From Candidatus Latescibacterota bacterium (GTDB lineage Bacteria; Latescibacterota; UBA2968; GCA-2709665), in assembly GCA_965116875.1 (NCBI GenBank), contig OZ220733.1:2240001-2304000 (forward strand): 64,000 bases of DNA. Reading direction: 5' to 3'. Numbering within the stretch: the first letter of the stretch is position 1; each line of letters opens with the position of its first letter. Shown piece after piece: positions 59,629-64,000 of the stretch. A program made the translations under genes and the position numbers. Under the pieces are notes generated by a model. It ran no database searches. It saw nothing but the letters and a program-made list of their open reading frames with translations, and was not told where the DNA came from.

Positions 59629-60403
59629 GTACGTCACGGTCTCCGTCCGCGGCCAGATGCAGTACCGGGCTTCATTTGTCATGCTGGCCGCGGGATACTC
59701 TCTGATGACCGGGCTGGATTTCGTCGCCCTATGGGTGCTGTTCGATCATTTCGGAAGCATCCGGGGATGGACCCTTCCCGAAGTGGCGCTGCTCTACGGC
59801 ATGGTCAATATCGCATTCGCTCTGGCCGAGGGCATGGCCCGGGGATTTGACACTTTCGGGACGTGGGTGAAGAGCGGTAATTTCGACCGGCTTTTGCTGC
59901 GCCCGAGAAGTACCGTCCTGCAACTGGCCGGCCAGGAACTCCACCTCCTGCGCATTGGGCGGTTGCTCCAGGGGCTTGCCGTACTCCTGTGGGTGCAGTA
60001 CACGCTGGAGGTGCCCTGGACTGCCGCCACGGCAGCGCTGGCGGTTGGCGCGATTCTGGGTGGAGTCGGCCTTTTTACAGGCTTGTTCATCCTTCAGGCC
60101 ACGCTCGCCTTCTGGACGACGGAGGGCCTGGAAATCGCCAACGCCCTCACCAACGGCGGCACCGAGACCGCCCAGTATCCTCTGGTGATCTACCCCGGCT
60201 GGTTCCGCCGCCTCTTCACCTACGTGGTCCCGCTGGCCGGTATTACCTACTTTCCGGCCCTGGCGATACTTGGCAGGGACGACCCCCTTGGTTCAGCCAC
60301 GTGGATGCATTGGCTGTCGCCTCTCGGAGGCATGATATTCCTGCTCATGGCTCTGCGCGTGTGGCGCCTTGGGGTCCGCCACTATACGTCGACCGGAAGT
60401 TGA
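59627..60403 (+). CDS. ABC-2 family (DUF990-type) permease, probably lacking its native start
   Basis: LYVTVSVRGQMQYRASF, G.FDRLLLRP, QYP..IYP and HYTSTGS motifs; first in-frame ATG at 59657 has no RBS. Confidence 0.8.
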   Translation: MYVTVSVRGQMQYRASFVMLAAGYSLMTGLDFVALWVLFDHFGSIRGWTLPEVALLYGMVNIAFALAEGMARGFDTFGTWVKSGNFDRLLLRPRSTVLQLAGQELHLLRIGRLLQGLAVLLWVQYTLEVPWTAATAALAVGAILGGVGLFTGLFILQATLAFWTTEGLEIANALTNGGTETAQYPLVIYPGWFRRLFTYVVPLAGITYFPALAILGRDDPLGSATWMHWLSPLGGMIFLLMALRVWRLGVRHYTSTGS

Positions 60404-60643
60404 TTCCCTGGCGACTTCCCGGGTTCGCGTGTGCCTGGCTGGCACACCCCCCGGTATGGCTGCTGGCGGAACGGGTTGAAATCAACTTGGGATTTGGCTA
60501 CTTTCCATACCTGAAGACCAGCGTGGAGCCGTCAGCTATCAGCCGTCAGCCAAAAAACGAAAGGCAAGATCAAAGGCAACCCCTTCAGCCGGCCCCACAG
60601 ACCTTTTACCACGACCCCGTACCGAGTTGTTTATACAAACGAA

Positions 60644-62767
60644 ATGATCGATCTTTCGCTATACGACACGATCTGGCTGGTTGGCGCAGCCATCGCCGCC
60701 GGGCTGCTCTGGGGTATTTTCGTATCCGCGATCAAGCGCAGGGGCACGCCGCCCCCACTGCTGCTGTTGATTCTGGCGGGCGCGCTGTGGTATACGGGCG
60801 ATGCGCTGCGGGTATTGATACAACAGGCGTCGCCCGGCGCTCTTGCGGCGACATATGCGGCCCAGATCGCGCGCTTCGGGATGTGCTTTCTACCTTCCGC
60901 GCTACTGGCGACGGTGCTGATTGCGGCCGACCAACGGGAATCCCGGATCGCCCGCGGGATACGCCGCAATCTGGTTGTACTCGCGGTCGTGCCGGGCTTG
61001 ATCGTATTCCTGATCGGTTTGTGGGAAATGCCACACAAGCGGGCGGGCTTCAGCCTGTACGCGATTCTGGCGCTGCTGTATTCGGCGTGGCTTTGCCGGG
61101 GGTTCGCCGGACAACTGACAACGGAGGTTCAACGGTCGTTCTACCGGCTGACGGCTCTCGCGCTGACGGGTATCGCGGTATTGGCCGGCGCGGCGTATCC
61201 GATGGGGGGAGTCGATCTTCCGCTCGCGGGACCGGCGCTCGACCTCGCGCTGTTCCTGTCGCCAATCGCGCCCGCCTACATTCTCGGCTACTACATTTAT
61301 CGGTACAGCTTTTTCCGGATCGTTGTGAATCCCGCGCTGCTCTATTCCGCGCTGACCGGTATCGTCCTCACGGTCTATCTCCTCGTCATCCGACGCGTCG
61401 CCGAGGAACTCGGACGCCTGGGCGGCGGGTTCCGGGTGGAAGTCGTTGAAGCGGTGCTGATCTCACTTCTGATCTTTCTCTTTCAGCCGGTCAAGAATCG
61501 GCTGCAGGGGGCCATCAACCGGCTGTTCTTCAAGGCGCGGTACGAATACCAGCACCTGCTGGGGACGCTGAGCCAGACGCTGAACGTGCCGGATGCCCTG
61601 GAAAGCCGCTTGAAGGCGGTTGTGGACGCCGTGGGCACTGTACTGAAGGTACACCTCGTTTCGCTGGTGCTGTTTGACAGCGAGGAAGGGCGCATCGATG
61701 CCGTGAGGGTGATTTCGGGAGGCGGGCTGGCCGGATTCGATCCGCCCACGGCGCCTTTCAGCCGAACCGGGGGGGGCCATGAGCAGGTTCGGCAGGTGGC
61801 GGACTGGATGTTGTCCCACCGGAGAGCGCTCGACGTGGGCGAATTGCATCGTCCGGCTCTTGCAGCGGTGCTCGCGGAACAGGGCGTCCGGCTTTGCATA
61901 CCGGTATACCACGAGGAAAAGCTCGCCGGATTTCTTTGCCTTGGAGAGAAAAAACGCAGCGTGCCCTTTTCGCCGGAGGAATGGGAGTTGCTGGGTACGC
62001 TGTGCAATCAGATTGCGCTGGCGGTGGAGAATACCCGCCTGGTCGAGCGCAGGCTTCAGTTGGAACGACGCATGTACGAGGCGGAGCGGCTTTCTGCGCT
62101 GGGACTGCTCTCGGCGAGCATCGCTCACGAAGTAAAGAATCCATTGAGTTCGATGAAGGCGATTACGACCGTGCTGCGGGAAGACCTGGAGGATGATCCT
62201 GAAAAAGCCGGCGATCTGTCAGTTGTGTTGAACGAAATCGAACGGTTGGGCCGCGTGGTGGACAGGCTGCTCAGGTTTGCGCAACCGAAACACGGGGATA
62301 CTTTCGAGCCCGTGGACATCAGGGGCGTACTCGAAGACGTCGTCCTGATCCTGTCGCACGAAGCCGAACGGCGGAGGGTGGAGATCCGGGCCGAGGTGGC
62401 CGGCGGCCTGGTCGTTACCGGAGATCCTGAAGATCTGAAAGAGGTGTTTTTCAATCTGATCCTGAACGGAATCCAGGCGATGGACGACTCGGACCGGCCG
62501 ACGGACCGGCGGCTGACGGTACGCGCGGGGCGGTCGGGCAGGGGCGTCTCGGTTTCGGTAGCTGACACCGGGCCGGGGATATCAGCGGAGGCGCTCTCTC
62601 GCGTCTTCGAACCGTTCTTTACCACAAAGGCTTCGGGGACGGGCCTGGGGCTTGCCATTGTCAAACGGGACGTGGAGCGCATGGGAGGATCGATTACGGT
62701 TTCGAACGGGGAGGAGGCCGGGGCGGTTTTCGAGGTTCAACTTGCTGGAGTGGACCATGCGGCATAA
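60644..62767 (+). CDS. Multi-TM GAF sensor histidine kinase (PrsK-like architecture)
   Basis: TM region, GAF-like IPV..LGEK..F..E..LL..L.NQ.A.A, AHEVKNPL, NLILNG, DTGPGI and GTGLGL motifs. Confidence 0.92.
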   Translation: MIDLSLYDTIWLVGAAIAAGLLWGIFVSAIKRRGTPPPLLLLILAGALWYTGDALRVLIQQASPGALAATYAAQIARFGMCFLPSALLATVLIAADQRESRIARGIRRNLVVLAVVPGLIVFLIGLWEMPHKRAGFSLYAILALLYSAWLCRGFAGQLTTEVQRSFYRLTALALTGIAVLAGAAYPMGGVDLPLAGPALDLALFLSPIAPAYILGYYIYRYSFFRIVVNPALLYSALTGIVLTVYLLVIRRVAEELGRLGGGFRVEVVEAVLISLLIFLFQPVKNRLQGAINRLFFKARYEYQHLLGTLSQTLNVPDALESRLKAVVDAVGTVLKVHLVSLVLFDSEEGRIDAVRVISGGGLAGFDPPTAPFSRTGGGHEQVRQVADWMLSHRRALDVGELHRPALAAVLAEQGVRLCIPVYHEEKLAGFLCLGEKKRSVPFSPEEWELLGTLCNQIALAVENTRLVERRLQLERRMYEAERLSALGLLSASIAHEVKNPLSSMKAITTVLREDLEDDPEKAGDLSVVLNEIERLGRVVDRLLRFAQPKHGDTFEPVDIRGVLEDVVLILSHEAERRRVEIRAEVAGGLVVTGDPEDLKEVFFNLILNGIQAMDDSDRPTDRRLTVRAGRSGRGVSVSVADTGPGISAEALSRVFEPFFTTKASGTGLGLAIVKRDVERMGGSITVSNGEEAGAVFEVQLAGVDHAA

Positions 62768-64000
62768 GATTCTGGTTGTGGACGATGAACCGGCGGCGCG
62801 CCTCGGTCTCAAGCGCGCGCTCGCGGCGCTGCCCTGCGAGGTTATCGAAGCCGGAGACGGAACGGCGGCGCTCGAGGAAATCGCGCGCGGCGGTCCCGAT
62901 CTGGTGATCTGCGATATCCAGATGCCCAGAATGGACGGTCTGACGCTCATGAAGCGGCTGGCCGAACAGGAAAACCGGCCTCCTGTCATCATGATGACCG
63001 CGTACGGATCGGAGCGGATCGCCGTGGATGCCATGAAGGCGGGCGCGTACGATTACGTCAGCAAGCCTTACGACGTGGACGAACTTCGCTGCCTCGCACA
63101 AAACGCGCTCGAGACCGTTCGGTTACGGAGGGAAAACGAAACGCTGCGCGACGAGATCCGGCGTCAGTCCGGGTTTGGATTGTTGATCGGCCGCAGCCGC
63201 GCCATGGATCGGGTCTGCGACATGATCGACAAGGTGGCCGGGACCGACGCCACAGTGCTGATAAACGGTGAAAGCGGGACGGGCAAGGAACTTGTGGCGC
63301 GGGCGATTCACGAACAGGGAGAACGAAAGGACCGCCCGTTTGTCGCGGTGAATGCCGCGGCGCTGCCCACCGAGTTGATCGAAAGCGAGCTGTTCGGTCA
63401 TGAGAAGGGCGCATTTACGGGGGCCGCTTCCAGGCGAAAGGGCAAATTCGAGGTCGCGGACGGCGGAACGCTTTTTCTGGATGAAATCGGGGACATGCAC
63501 CTCGAAACCCAGGCGAAGCTGTTGCGCGTGCTTCAGGAGCAGCGGTTCGAGCGGCTGGGCGGCTCGGAGACGGTGGCGGTGGACGTCCGGATGATCAGCG
63601 CCACCAACCGGGACCTTCCCGACGAGATCTCGCGGGGGCGGTTCCGGGAAGACCTCTACTATCGGCTGAAAGTCGTTGATATCTTCCTGCCCCCGCTGCG
63701 CGACCGCCGGGAGGATATTCCCATGCTTGTCCGGCATTTTCTCGAGCAATCCAATCGGAGACATGAAAAGGCGGTAACGGACGTGCCACCGGACGCGATG
63801 AGACTGCTGGCGGCGTATGCCTGGCCGGGGAACGTTCGCGAACTGATGCACGCCGTGGAGCGTGCGGTCATCTTCGCGGAGGATGCGGTCCTCGGCGAAG
63901 ATCTGTTACCCGCGGAAATCCGGGCGGGCGGGGCGGAACCCACGGGCGCCGGAGCGACAGGCTGGTCGGAAGGCGTCATGTTTCAAAACGCAAAACAGGA
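62757..64000 (+). CDS. Sigma54-dependent response regulator (NtrC family), runs off the window edge
   Basis: Not in the ORF track. [40 protein letters not shown] and WPGNVREL motifs. Confidence 0.93.
   Translation, partial: MRHKILVVDDEPAARLGLKRALAALPCEVIEAGDGTAALEEIARGGPDLVICDIQMPRMDGLTLMKRLAEQENRPPVIMMTAYGSERIAVDAMKAGAYDYVSKPYDVDELRCLAQNALETVRLRRENETLRDEIRRQSGFGLLIGRSRAMDRVCDMIDKVAGTDATVLINGESGTGKELVARAIHEQGERKDRPFVAVNAAALPTELIESELFGHEKGAFTGAASRRKGKFEVADGGTLFLDEIGDMHLETQAKLLRVLQEQRFERLGGSETVAVDVRMISATNRDLPDEISRGRFREDLYYRLKVVDIFLPPLRDRREDIPMLVRHFLEQSNRRHEKAVTDVPPDAMRLLAAYAWPGNVRELMHAVERAVIFAEDAVLGEDLLPAEIRAGGAEPTGAGATGWSEGVMFQNAKQ

Overview
High-GC (about 60% by eye) bacterial chromosome segment. 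The paired EF-hand/dockerin-like 'DFDGNDVIDFGD' module, the many Gfo/Idh/MocA paralogs and the FGE/HEAT proteins suggest a Latescibacterota/Gemmatimonadota-like, possibly sponge-associated organism (inference only). Left to right: small modifying enzymes (GNAT, ART-like protein, broken methyltransferase/VOC chimera); a GH106-like glycosidase with apparently degenerate acidic motifs; a double McsA-like zinc finger; MocA; an ~19 kb sugar/amine catabolic region; secreted FGE, HEAT and Vgb-propeller proteins; an Fe3+/polyamine-class ABC transporter; a low-GC three-gene cassette ending in a papain-like Cys-His protein; rsmD, fused glyQS, murC-like/ldcA/M48, aroA, dnaE; a SPOR-mltD-mreD-mrdA-rodA operon lacking mreBC; pgl; a deletion-scarred ABC-2 operon; and a GAF histidine kinase with a sigma54 response regulator. 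Best finds: (1) an unannotated 93-aa DUF5069-like selenoprotein (in-frame UGA at the conserved Cys position, followed by a canonical-looking bacterial SECIS); (2) the adjacent translationally coupled low-GC trio, a candidate toxin/defence module; (3) two MITE families that share a 53-55 nt CAAGGCG...CAACRCMG module, one of which often sits at stop codons. No rRNA, tRNA, CRISPR array, integrase or transposase was seen.
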